A stretch of 64,000 nt of DNA from Vicugna vicugna (Eukaryota): contig MU058009.1 in assembly GCA_013265495.1 (NCBI GenBank), positions 312,001 through 376,000 of the forward strand. The letters are read 5' to 3'. Shown here piece after piece: positions 1 to 11,989 of the stretch (its first letter is position 1; each line of letters opens with the position of its first letter). A model generated the notes under the pieces. That model had not been told where the DNA came from. It worked only from the letters and a program-made list of their open reading frames with translations, and did no database searches. A program made the position numbers and the translations under genes.

Positions 1-269
1 AACTACTTATTATTTATAATTTAGATGACTGATTTCTTGAATATGTATGAGCACATTTCACTGTCCTCTATGATTGGATCACTGCATTCTGCTGATTCTT
101 ATTTTGTGGTTGGCTTTATTCCTTTGATAACTATGTAAGTTTAAAAAGCTAAAGATCTAAATTGTTCTTAGAAAAAATGAACAGTACATAGATGTACATT
201 TTAAAATAGTATTTATCTCTCAGTGAATTGCTCTTCCTAGAATAAACTTTGTTTACATTAAAAAAAAAA
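1..269 (+). pseudogene. Probable 3' end (3'UTR + poly(A)) of a processed pseudogene/retrocopy; parent gene unknown; continues beyond the left edge
   Basis: AT-rich sequence not resembling any repeat I recognise, AATAAA at 241-246, A-run at 260-269, then an abrupt junction into the middle of an old L1 3'UTR. Confidence 0.45.
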
Positions 270-568
270 GCCAGTCACAAAAAGACAAATACTGAATGAT
301 TCCACTTACATGAGGTATCTCAAGTAGTCAAATTCACAGAAATAGAAAGTAGAATGTTGGTTACCAGGGGCCGGAGGGTGGGAGGAAAGGGGGGGTGTTA
401 GTGGGTATAGAGTTTCAGATTTGCACAAAATAAAAGAGTCTGGAGATCTTTTTTACAACAATATGAAAATACTTAACAGTATTGAACTGTGCACTAAAAA
501 TGGTTAAGATGGTAAATTTTATGTTATGTTTATTTTTTTTACTACAATTAAAAAACACATTAAAAAAA
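270..568 (+). mobile_element. Old LINE-1 (L1MB-like) 3'UTR fragment
   Basis: Typical L1M 3' motifs gccagtcacaaaaagacaaatactg...attccactta, ggttaccagggg, gaactgtgcactaaaaatggttaagatggtaaattttatgttatg, and an A-rich end. Confidence 0.85.
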
Positions 569-1347
569 GGCAGGAGCCACACTGTAAGCACTCACTACAT
601 TACTGCCAAATGTTCAAGAGAAGAATCTCAGGGTCAACTTAGCATTGAAAAAATGACTCTGAACTCCTAAAACTCCAACAGACCAACCTGGCCTTACCCC
701 CTACTCTCCACACAAAAGAGATACGTAAGTGAACAAACACATCCATTAAGAAGCAAGTAAAATGAGCCACTTGTAGATTAAAGATGACAGTGTGTCATTC
801 GTGGTTGTATTTGATTCAGTTATGTCTCAACCTGGCCACAAATACAAACCTTGCAGATGATCTTGATCTGGATGGAAGGCAACCTTGAAGTCACATAACT
901 ACTGAGTTTTAGCGTGGAGGAGAGAGACTGGCCAGAGGGTGGAAGCTACAGGCCCTTCTAAGTCCCTTCCCCTTGACCCTGGGGCTGTTCTCTGGGCAAT
1001 GATTAGGCCAGCATTTTTGACTTAAGATTTGAATGCTTGTTGACTGTTTATTAAAGGAGGTAATGAAACTCACTGGATTTACTACCATCCAATGAATTCA
1101 CAAGTTGGCTCATCTAACAATAGACGAATTCATCCCTTGATCCTATTTAACTGAATGATCTATTTGGTAGCAACAAAGATCTTCTCCTCCTGACCTGCAG
1201 TGGAGTTCCAGGATGACCACACCACGGCCAAACTTGGAAGAGACCAAAGTTAGGTATAAAGAAGGATGAGAACGTCTAAATGGGTACAGTGACAACAGAA
1301 CCCTGTTTTGGATTTTGCGCTGGTTTATGTTAAGTATCCATCCATTA

Positions 1348-1888
1348 GTGGGTAACTGCAAAGATGCCACCTCTCCTTAGACACATATCCTTTGCAATGA
1401 GCCTTTGCAGCTCTTTCCATCGGTGGGTGAAGTCTGTTTTCTTCCCCTGTGGATCTGAGCTGAGCTTGTGACTTACTTTGGCCAGTAGAATATAGTGGGA
1501 GTGAGAGTGTGCCAGTTCTGAGCTGAGGCCATTAGCGGTTCTGCATGCTTCCACTCGCCCCTTTGGAGCCCTGATACTGCTGTGTGAACAAGCCTGTGAC
1601 AGCATGCTGGGCCACAGGAGATATATGGCTCAGGCATGGCTATAATGACTGTCACCACTCAGACAACCACCAGATATGTGAGAGAGTTCATCTAACACTA
1701 GCCATTCCCCAGTTACCTCCAGGTAACTACAGACAGGTGACAGTCCAGCTAAGTTCAGCTGAGCCTGGCCCAGATGAGCAACATTGCCCAGCTGACACAT
1801 TAGCTAGGTGAGCAATAAGAAGTGCTTCTAGTTTTGCCAGCTACTGAGTTTGGTGTTATTTCTTATGCGGCAATAGCTAGCTGTTACT
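1348..1888 (+). mobile_element. ERVL-MaLR solo LTR (MLT1G/H-like)
   Basis: MLT1 motifs gtgacttactttggccagtagaat, tgtgccagttctgagctgaggcc, and 3' end ctactgagtttggtgttatttcttatgcggcaatagctagctg. Confidence 0.75.
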
Positions 1889-3798
1889 ATGAGGATGAAT
1901 GAGAAATGTCTATGTGTATGTGTGTGTGTTTTTTTATCTTTAGAGAGCTTAACAGTCTAACACATATGAATCAACTTTAGAACAATATACGATAATAGAA
2001 AAACAAATGTTAAATTGTGTGATCACCTGTAAGGGGCTTGCAGCATGGCTACTAAGGACAACCTCAGAGAGTGGCCACTTTGCTGGGGTTCGACATCACT
2101 AAATAGTCATAGAAAGCGCAGTGAGTTTTGGAGAGAAAGAGTGGCTTGACGTTAGTAGAAAAACCAGATCTTGGTTACAGCTCACTCTGGTTTTAAGCAT
2201 CCTGGGACTCAAGGTGAAAAACAGAGCCAGAGGTTGTCAAAAGGCCACATGGGAAGTCAGAACATGGAAAATTTCCATTGGGAGGTGATGAATGCTTTAA
2301 AAGTCAACAAGGAAAGAGAGACTATACAGGAATGCCATAGGGTCATGTGACTCAGGCATGGGATATGGTTCCAGACAGATTGAACATGTAAGTGTACGTT
2401 ATATTATGCATGGGTGCACACACATGTGTACACACACACACACACACAACCTGTAGCCAGACTAGCTGCATTTCAACTCGGGTGAGTTTACAAAGGGGAA
2501 ATCTCATTGGTCCACAGTGGCCACCTCTGTAGCTTTCCACGCTCCTGTAAACTAAGGTTGGGTTACTTCCCAGCGATGAAGTTACGTTTGCGAGCAGAGA
2601 AGAAGGGAAAGGAAACAGAGACATTTCTGACCATGACCAGCCTGGGCTGCACCCCGAATCCACATCTAGATACATCTTTATAAAACCTAGATTCTCTAGT
2701 CCCAACCTCCGCCTCCTTGCCCCTTCCCCAGATCTGAACCCATCTGTCCACCTCATCTCTGCTGACACTTGACCCTTGATGACAGAAGCCTAGGGCAGGC
2801 TGGAGGAGGGAGGAGGCAGGTGGGGGCAGCAGGGGTCGGATGTAGAAGACGGGCAGAGGCACAGATCTCAAAGTGACACTCGCACAACTGGGAGGTGGAA
2901 TTTGGCAGGTGGCAGCGGGCGAGGGGAGCACAGGCTCCATCCCTAAGGGAGCCGCATTTGCTTTTTTCTCTTTCAAAGTCGGCAGGCAGTAAAAGAAAAT
3001 TGCAGGGATGAGGAAATAATGAAAAAGGCTCTTTGTTTTTCCCCCAGTCCGAACTCCTAGCTCATCAAAACTTGGAAATGCTCACTGCAAATGGCTGTTC
3101 CTGTTTTATTGCTTATTTACGGGAATCTATTTAAAGTGAATTGCACTTTTCCATTGTATCCCAGTGAGTGTGTGCCGGGGTTGTGTCTCCCCTGGCTGTG
3201 GGGCTGTCTAGATTGGGGATTCTGTCTGATTGTGTCAGCATCACGCTCCATGACATTTAAAAGTGGGGAAGGAAAATACTGCAGAGAAAGCAAGGAAAGT
3301 GTGGAGAATGACTGTTCGGATATCCGTCAGCTCTGGAGGGAGGGGTGCAGAGAAGGCAGCTTTGAGGGCAGGTTTGGGGGCAAGGAATAGCCTTCGAACA
3401 AAGAAGAGTGTGTTTTGGGGGATTAATGAATGGTGATATGCCATTCCAAGTCTTTGAAGTTTTATCCTGGCCCTACTCTAAGCAATGCGACCCCAGGACG
3501 GTTCTTAACCTCTTTTTTTTTAACCTGTAAGAGAGGTTATTAAGACAGGGCTGTTGTTAATAGTAATGATGGTGGAGGTTTATTGCATATGTGAAGTCTC
3601 ACCGAGGACCGGGCAGGTTCTCAGTAAATGTAAAGTTCCCTCTTCCAGACGGCTGGAAGGGAGCTTAGCATCCGACCTCTCCTCGCCTTCTGAACCCGCA
3701 CTGCATGCCGTGGACTCTCCAAAGGACGGAGGTGCTTCATTCTTCTCCTTGATTGGAAGATTCGATGTGAGGCTCACTGTGCCCAGAATGCTCTGTGT

Positions 3799-4012
3799 CA
3801 GGGGTCAGCGAACAATGGCCAAATCTGGCCACTGCCAGTTTTTGTAAATAAAGCTGTGTTGGGACGCACGCACGCCTGTTTGTTTGTGCTCTGTTTGTGG
3901 GGCTTTCCTGCCACAAAGGCTGAGCTGAGTATTTGTGGGAGAAACCACAGAGCCCACAGGGCCGAAAATATTAACTCTCTGGTCCTTTGCAGAAGGAGTC
4001 TGCCAACCCCTG
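3799..4012 (+). mobile_element. MER58A hAT-Charlie MITE, near full length
   Basis: Terminal inverted repeats caggggtcagc...gccaacccctg; internal tttttgtaaataaag and ccgaaaatattaactctctggtcctttgcagaa motifs. Confidence 0.85.
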
Positions 4013-4611
4013 CTCGAATCATCGGTCCTTCGGGGTTTCTCTGGTCAAAGCCACTGGGATTCACTCTGTAGTTCTCTCAGTCACGTGGTGGGTGGAATTC
4101 TCCACCTGGGTCTAAAGCTGGCATTGGTCCCCCACCTCTCCCAAGACTCCACCCTCTAGACCCCTTGTCAAAGTGCCACCATCTCGGCAGGCACAGCAAA
4201 CACTTCCAGAGATACTGGTGTCCCTGTGCCCCAAGAACACGATCAGCCAGCTGTGTGGGCCTCTGCTCACCCCCGGGTTGGGAGTCAGAGAACTGTGTCG
4301 AGGGCCGAGCCAGCACGTCGGTGTGGGGTCTCTCTGTCTGTGTGTCTACGTGGGACATGGGATGGCATGTCTGCAGGCTTTCACGTCTCCAAGGCTCTGC
4401 AGCTTTGCAAGGAGGAGCTGGGACAGAGACTCGAGAGGTGAAGGACTCAGGAAGCGGAAGCTTGACTTTTGGAGACTCTTCCTTTTCCCATATAGCATCA
4501 CGCCCCTGGGAGACCTTATTTTTTAATTTACTTTTCGTGAGGAAGGAGTGAGGTTATCTCTCATTCAAAATATTCTTGGCACAGCTGTCTCGGATAAGAA
4601 AGCCCCAATGC

Positions 4612-4694
4612 GGGGGATGGGTGTAGCTCAGCGGTAGAGCGCATGCTTAGCATGCATGAGGTCCTGGGATCAATCCCCAGTATATCCATTAAAA

Positions 4695-4696
<2 letters not shown>
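4612..4696 (+). mobile_element. tRNA-Ala(AGC)-derived SINE head (camelid Vic-1-like)
   Basis: gggtgtagctcagcggtagagcgcatgcttagcatgcatgaggtcctgggatcaatccccag resembles tRNA-Ala with anticodon AGC at 4649-4651; G-rich 5' extension, mutated T-loop (GATC) and A-rich tail. Confidence 0.85.
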
Positions 4697-4761
<65 letters not shown>

Positions 4762-4842
4762 GAAGAAAGGAAGAAAGAAAGGAAGAAAGAAAGAAGGGAA
4801 GAAAGAAAGAAGGGAAGAAAGAAGGAAAGTCCATTAACAAAA

Positions 4843-4877
<35 letters not shown>

Positions 4878-5081
4878 GAAGAAAGGAAGAAAGAAAGGAA
4901 GAAAGAAAGAAGGGAAGAAAGAAAGAAGGGAAGAAAGAAGGAAAGAAAGAAAGGAAGAAAGGAAGAAAGGAAGAAAGAAAGGAAGAAAGGAAGAAAGGAA
5001 GAAAGAAAGGAAGAAAGGAAGAAAGAAAGGAAGAAAGGAAGAAAGAAAGGAAGGAAGAAAGAAAGAAGGGAAGAAAGGAAA
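4691..5081 (+). repeat. Compound (GAAA)n/(GGAA)n purine microsatellite, ~390 bp, grown from the SINE tail
   Basis: Read directly; almost pure purine except a gtccattaac interruption near 4829-4838. Confidence 0.97.
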
Positions 5082-5453
5082 GTTCCTTTCTAAGGAAGTT
5101 GCTCACCCTTTTAGAGCCTCCGTTTCTTCATCAGTATAATGCAGACAGCGATGTCTGCCTAAGGGCTGCCCCAAGGATTAAATGGTACCATGTACGTGAA
5201 AGGGCTGGATACATAGATGCATTAAAGGGCCACCTCCTTTCCTTCAGCCCTGCCAGGGAAGAAAGAAAGAAAGAAAGGAAAGTTCCTTTCTAAGGAAGTT
5301 GCTCGCCCTTTTAGAGCCTCCGTTTCTTCATCAGTATAATGCAGACAGCGATGTCTGCCTAAGGGCTGCCCCAAGGATTAAATGGTACCATGTACGTGAA
5401 AGGGCTGGATACATAGATGCATTAAAGGGCCACCTCCTTTCCTTCAGCCCTGC
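5071..5453. repeat. Tandem duplication, period 200 bp (5071-5253 and 5271-5453), containing a MIR fragment
   Basis: Copies identical except A5105 versus G5305; the ORF track shows the same peptide starting at 5099 and 5299. Confidence 0.95.
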
Positions 5454-5744
5454 TGGACACGCCTGCTGCCGCCTTGCCCAGGACACCCTTCCCTGCCTCT
5501 CTCCCTGGCTGACTTTGGCCGCTGCTCCAGCACACTCGCCTCTGGCTTCTCGCAGACGCTCAGTCACCCACTCTGCCTGGCTGCCGCACACCCCTGTCTC
5601 CTGGCTCACGGCTTCCCTCCCTCATGGCTTCCCTCCCTCACTTACTGCTGTAATTGTTCAGGTGCTTGTTTATCCAGAAGATGACAGGACCATGAGAGGG
5701 CTGCTACAGGACCATTGTATTTTCCTAGGGCCAAGGGGATGCCG

Positions 5745-6008
5745 TGGAGAGCACTGGCCTTGGAGCCAGAGATCCAGGATCCGGTACAATGCCTCTGGTA
5801 TCTCAGCCTCCTGGAACCTGGTTTCTCCTCTAGAATGTAAAGACAGTAACTCCTACTTGCCAAGAGAGTGCCTTCCGCAGGCCCTGAGTCAGAGCAGGCA
5901 CTGAGTAAACGAGGTCCTGCTCTGCCGTTCCAGGGCTAAGTCCTGTGACTGGCTTACAGCAGCTGCTCCGGGACTGTGTCGGACGAATGAATGAATGAAT
6001 GAATGAGT
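5745..6008 (+). mobile_element. MIR fragment followed by an L2 3' end
   Basis: gagagcactggccttggagccaga and gtttctcctctagaatg (MIR); terminal (tgaa)n typical of L2. Confidence 0.55.
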
Positions 6009-7893
6009 AGTCACTGTGAATGAGGCCCTGGGATCTAGAGCCCTGGGCTTGTAAGAACTCAGAAGATTTAGATCATCCCGGTGACCTGAGCTTAGGTGAA
6101 ACTGAATGGAGAGAGAACACACGACCTCTCCTCCCACACCGAACCGTGGATTTGTCCAACCCAGAATCCCAGGGGGCTCGGCCTCTCGCCTGGCTTCAGG
6201 GCGGGGCCGGGGCCGGCAGGCAGCGCCCCAGGTTGCTTTGACCACCTCCCTATCATTTCGCATCAGATTGCGTCCTGCTCAGCCTGCGATGCAGCACCAG
6301 ACTCTCTATAGACATTTTCAGCTCTGTCGGGGGATGAGGGAGTAGGCGGGAGGGGGCGTGAAGGAGGAAGAGATGGGAAGTGACGAGGAGGGAGCCAGCG
6401 CCAGGAGAAGACGGGAACGCTGGTGAAGTCGGAGCAAACGCAAAGTCAAGCACAATAATAATTTGGGCAAAATGGCAAATGGCACAGCTGAGGAGGAAAT
6501 AGTGTTGTGAATGTAAAAACTCCTAAATGGAGCGCAGATGGGAGGGAAAAGTGTAATCTTCTGGAAAAGCCTCTAATTGTCTGCCCACACTAATAATTTC
6601 AGCAAACGCTCCCTCTCTCCCTCCTGCGTATAATTACACCATTCCATCTGTCTATCAGCAGGTTTTTTACTGTGCCTTGCTGCTACCACGATCTCACGCT
6701 CACGGAGAGATGAGGGGCTTTTGAAGACTTAAGAATCCTTCTGACTCATATCCCAAAGAAAAAGACACTCAGGAGGGACAAATCCCTCTCCTGGGCCTGC
6801 TAAGACTCCACTTTAAAAAGTCATATAAGCTCTTCTGGCGCCATTATGGAGTCAAAAGGAGGCAAGGCCAGGGGACGGCCCCACCCCGGGTGTTCTCCGC
6901 GGGCCTGCCTTGGTGGGGCGGCCCTGGGTGGACCAGGAGGGGCAGGTGGTGCCGCTCCCTGGTGGAGACACAGGCCGCGTGTCCTGAAGGTGGCAGGCCA
7001 GGAGGGCACCTGTTCAGGGCTAGCCCTTTAGTGTCTCTCAGCCACCAAAGCCAGGGTTCTGCCCCCAGAGGAGGAAGAGGAATCCAAATGGAAGGGGAGA
7101 AGCTGAGCGGGAGGGGCTGGGCGTATCGATGGCTCAGACACCAGCTCCGCTGGCCAGGGGAGGGCGGCCCAGGGTCCTGTCCAGTGCTCTGAGCGACTCC
7201 AACTGCCGTTGGCTCCTCTCCCTGCTCTGGCAGTGAGTCCCAGAAAAGACAGGTGGCCTCCAGCATGGAGTCCAGTAGGAAAGGCTCCAGGTTTCCCGCC
7301 CAAGTTACTGCCTCTTCACAGCCAGGAAGCAAAGCACTGACCGTTGCTCCATAGAGAGAGGTGTGTGTTGGTGGGGGGGGGTCTCCGGTCCAAGGATGCT
7401 GCATGGGGAGGGCCCTGCAGGTTGTTCATGTGTAAGTTTTATCTTCATGTAAGAAAATCACTCCCTAATTTACCTCCACTTCCTTCTAGTAAAGGGTTCC
7501 CTTCCTAGTTGCAGAGGTGGGGGGTGGGGTGGGGAGGGGCAGCCAGGAGACAGGCAGGGCGGGTGAAAGGAGGGGGGAGGCTGTACCCCGCGTGCACCCT
7601 GAATGAAGGCCGAGGGGTGTGGTGGTGGCATTGGATGCCACTGGGGTGTGGCCGATTGGGGCCACGTGCAGACTGGGCGGGGGAAATCGCACTGGGAGGT
7701 GATTACAGCAAAGTCAGAGCCCCTCCCCACAGCTCGTCCTCACACAAGGCGATGTCACAAGCAGACCTCCCCCAGGGTGGCTGAGTGGATGAAGAAAAGA
7801 GTTCACTCACATCACTGTTTATTCGACAAATGCTGAGAGTGTCCCCACAAGTGCTATAAAAGATGAATACAACATGCTTCCGATTTTGTAGGG

Positions 7894-8169
7894 CAGCGAT
7901 GTCTGATAGACATATAACACGGGATTTTAAATTTCCTAGTAGCTGCATTAAACAAGTGAAAAGAAATGTGAAATTTATTTTAATAGTATGTTTTACTTAA
8001 GCTAACATAGCCCAAATATGATTAATTCAATCAATGATCATAATAAAAATGATTAACCAGATACTTCACTCATTTTGGTCATGTCTTTAAAATCATTTGC
8101 ACTTATACCACCATCTGAATGCAGACTGGCCTCTGTGTCGCTGGTGGTGACGGCAGTAGACAGAGCAGA
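7894..8169 (+). mobile_element. MER33 hAT-Charlie MITE inserted in a minus-strand L2 3' fragment
   Basis: cagcgatgtctgatagacatataa...ttttaaatttcctagtagctgcattaaa...AT-rich core...gtagacagagcag resembles MER33. Confidence 0.75.
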
Positions 8170-8257
8170 CCCAGAGCTTATCAAGGAGAGAAAAATGTAT
8201 GTATAAGAATAATTACAATATGTGCATAGTAATTATTGTTGTTAAACCCCTGACAGT

Positions 8258-8390
8258 CATTTGCTAAAAACTTTCATGTACATGATCTCATTTGATCTTC
8301 TCAGCAAATTTGTGAGATAAAGACAGTTAATATCACTATTTTTTAACAGATGGATAAAAATGAGATTCAGACGTGTGGCCTCAGAGGACT
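8258..8390 (-). mobile_element. MIR fragment
   Basis: atctcatttgatcttctcagcaa...attttttaacagatgga...gagattcaga (MIR core, reverse strand). Confidence 0.65.
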
Positions 8391-9418
8391 AAGTTAACAC
8401 CCTTCTCTTCTTAAACACGCAGAGACGCGTGTATGTTTTAGGTGTCACCTGGTATGGCTTGCTAGAGGAGGTGGCATTCCACCAGGGCCCTGACAGAGGG
8501 GAGCCACTCTGCCACAGAGAGATAGGTGAGGGCAGGGGGAAGGGTTTCTCGTTTGAGGAACAGCCATGATCAAAGTAGAGCAGGGAAGTATGGACTCCGT
8601 GCGGAGGACGGCCACAGCCCAGATCTCTGCAGAGCAGGCCAGGCGTGAGCAAGGCGTGGAAGACCAGGCTACAGAGGGAAGCCGGACCTGGTTGTAGAAG
8701 GAAGGCTCTGAATGCAGACGGCTCTGCACGTCACTGAGAAGGCAGTGTAACTCCCTCAAGACTATTTCATTCACCAAACGTTTGATGAGCACTTAGGACG
8801 CTAGAGTGGCTTCGAAGGGGGGGACCAAAGTGGTCGAAGCTTTGCCTTAGATCATGTGATCTCCTGGGGTCACATGGGTGGGCGGCAATGGGGGAAATGG
8901 GGTAAAAGGGGAAGCCGAGAAGCCTCTGGGTGAATCTTAGGTCTAAAGCAGTGCAGTGGTGCAAGTGGAAAGGAATGGATGGAGGGAAGTGGTATTAACA
9001 ATTCACCACTGTGAGTTGGAGGATGCAGGAAGGAAGGGGAGGTCAGACTTGACGTCCAAGGTTTTGAGCTTGGATGACAGAAGAACAGTGCTTCCATGAA
9101 CAGAAGTGGGGGGGTGGGGTGGACCTAACACAGACGATTGATGCTCTGAGAGCGAGCGCTTCCTGGTGGGACTCCCAGGATCCCCCAGGATCCTAGGAGT
9201 AGGAGGACAGGTGCAGGGACGGGTGAACATTCCTTTTCTGCCCTACAGTTTCTAAGGCCTAAGAGAAGTTACTGGACAATAATGTAGAGCCATTTATCTG
9301 GACGAGGTGGAGTTCATTTCTTGTTAGAATCAACGAAAGAGGTACCTTGGCCAACTCCCTCCTCCTTCCCTCCTTCCCTCACCCTCATGCTCCTGTCAAC
9401 TCTGTTGGGAGGAGGCTA

Positions 9419-9750
9419 CACTCAGCCCCTGTATTCATGGGCTCTGCATCCATGGATTCAACCAGCTGTGGACTGAAAATATTGGGAAAAAATTCCAGAA
9501 AGTTCCAAAGACCAGAACTTGAATTTGCCGCACGTCGGCAACTATTTTACGTTGTGTTCACAACTGTTTACACAGCACTTGCATTGTATTAGGAATCATA
9601 AGTTATCAGGAGAGGACTTAAAGTACACGGGAGGATGTGTAGTTACATGCAAACACGCCGCTGTTTTAGGTAAGGGACTTGAACATCTATGGACTTTGGT
9701 GTCCTTGAAGATCCCAGAACCAGTCCCGTGGGGATACCGAGGGATGACTA
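9419..9750 (-). mobile_element. TcMar-Tigger MITE (MER2-like), full length
   Basis: TA at 9417-9418, TIR-like ends cactcagcccct...gagggatgacta, internal ccatggattcaacc and agggacttgaacatc; homologous to 36838-37142 on the opposite strand. Confidence 0.85.
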
Positions 9751-10109
9751 TGGATCCTTGGCAGCTCCCTCCCCTCTCCCCTTCTCGTTAGCACTGCAGC
9801 CAGGGAGCCGTGTGCAACCCCAAGCTCATAGTTCACCTGCAGAATGGCGCCAGTGGCCACAGGGCTGATGTGAGAATCAAAGGAAATCCTGTACGTGAAA
9901 GGCTTTCAGGCTCATTATCCTAAGGCTGCTGGTTGGCCGCTGCCTTTCCTTCTTGGAGGATGACCGGTTCCGGGAAGAAGGGCCACCACCTCCTGCACCG
10001 CTGACTTCTTGCTGGTGCCTTGGCCCTTCTTGTCTCTGAGATTTTGTGCAAACTCTCCCTTTTGTCAGCAGTACCTTCCCCTCCCCTCTTCCTTGCTACC
10101 TCCCACGTG

Positions 10110-10373
10110 TCCTTGAAAATCAACTCAAAAGTCTCTTCTTTGGTTCAAACTTTCTAGATCCCCCCTCACCCAACGCTGTCACTGCACTATGTTCTTTCCT
10201 TTATTATAACTTATTACAATACACCATGGTCTTCTAATAACTTCGGTGTCCATCTCTGTCCCTAGACTGTGAACTCAAGAGCAGGAAAACATGTCTTATA
10301 CGTTTATCATCGTTTTTCATCATGCCGTCCAGCCTGGCACACGCTAGCTGCGCAGGAAATGCAGAATGAATGA
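10110..10373 (+). mobile_element. L2 3' end
   Basis: ctagactgtgaactcaagagcagg...cctggcacac...gaatgaatgaa. Confidence 0.7.
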
Positions 10374-10527
10374 AAGAGGAGTGTAAGGAGTGATATGTTA
10401 AAGGCATTGTTATGAGCGGACTGAGCTCAGAGCTGACGTCTTGAATCTAAGGCCCCACCATGTAACCACCCAAGGTCCCACACCCACCCCGTAGTGGTCC
10501 TAATAAAGACTGTGGGTTAGAGTCAAG

Positions 10528-10879
10528 ATCGTATGATACCACTTACATGGGGAATCTAAGAAAAAAAAAAAGACAAACAAAATTATTTACAAAACAGAAA
10601 CAAACTCATGGTTACCAGGAGGGGAAGGGGGTGGGAAGGGACAAACTGGAAGTTCGAGATTTGCAGATACTAACTACTATATATAAAATAGAAAGACAGC
10701 AACTTTATACTGTACAGCACAGGGAACTGTATTTAATATCTTGTAGTAACTTATGGTTCAAAAGAATATGAAAACAAAAACATGTATGTTCCTATATGGC
10801 TGAAGTATTGTGCTGTGCACCAGAAATGGACACACACTGTAAAGTGACTATACTTCAACAAAAATATATTAAAAAAAAA
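10528..10879 (+). mobile_element. 5'-truncated LINE-1 3'UTR (artiodactyl/camelid-type)
   Basis: caaaacagaaacaaactcatggttacca, ctgtacagcacagggaact, gctgtgcaccagaaa, gactatacttcaa followed by an A tail. Confidence 0.88.
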
Positions 10880-11845
10880 TCCCTTCGCATCTTCCCATTC
10901 CAGCTCCAGGGGTCAGCAAAATATCTCACGTAAGCCTGGAAATGTTTAGACTCCAGAGAGGGAGGGTGGATGAGAGGGAAACACCGTCCCACCACTGGAG
11001 CTGTTATGATGCCACCCACCAGAGCGGCCTTGTATCCTCAGCTCCGTAAACTCTCCCATTTGGTTTGTTTCCCCTTCCTCATAGCTCCTTTCTTCTTAAG
11101 AAGCCAGCCAGGTTCTCAGAGCAGCAGGGCTGGGAAATGCTTGAAGGTTATCGCTTTGTGCTACACGTACACAACTGCCCTTTATTCGCTTCTGCCTCTG
11201 TCCCTGGACCAAGCTGGGGCACACTGGCCCTTACTGGGCCGCATCCTGTCCCAGGTGTACCTGGTGGGCAGCATTCTCAGAGGGCTGGGGGGCTGGCCTC
11301 AAGAAGCGGCCAGGAACCCCCAGGGCCAGGCGTGGTTTGTCTGTCAAGTTCATGTCACCTTTCAGCACATTAACTCTCTTCTTCTGCAACCTCCTTCCGG
11401 CTCCACTGTCCAAATAGGTCTAAATTCGTGGTGGGCTAACATCTCCCTGAGCTCTCCTTCACAGCCACGGCGCTCACGCCCAGCCTTCCTCGGCGGGGAC
11501 TGAGGGAGCTCAGTCCCTCCAAACCCAGCTTCTGCCTCAGACCTTCCTTTCCTCGGTTTGTGTCTGGCCATGCGGACAAAGCCCAGAATCAAGGCCTCCA
11601 GATTCACTTCATTTAACAAGAACCCACAAAAGCCGGCCCAGCAGCCCATTCATCCCGAAATAGCCTCTGAAAGCCTGGGCCTACGTCAGGGTCTCTTTGC
11701 AAAACCACACTGCATTGCCATGAAAGGGCCATTTGAACCAGGCAGCTCCAGAGAAATTATCTCAATGCATTTCAACCACTTTCCGAGACCAAGGCTCATT
11801 TCTCAGAAACACAGTCCCTTTGACGCTAAATGAATCACATGATTG

Positions 11846-11959
<114 letters not shown>

Positions 11960-11989
11960 CCCCCTCCCCACTTTCATGACGAATTCCTA

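Noticed and set aside
4619..4689. Functional tRNA-Ala(AGC) gene
   Set aside because: T-loop reads GATC instead of GTTC, the acceptor stem pairs poorly, an A-rich tail replaces the T-run terminator, and a second dispersed copy exists; this is a SINE
4643..5106. K/E/R-rich and F/L/S-rich ORFs
   Set aside because: Translations of the GAAA microsatellite; the same applies to ORF 49951-50136
5299..5904. 201-aa ORF as a gene
   Set aside because: Starts at a non-ATG codon in the duplicated MIR fragment, crosses another MIR, and has no recognisable domain
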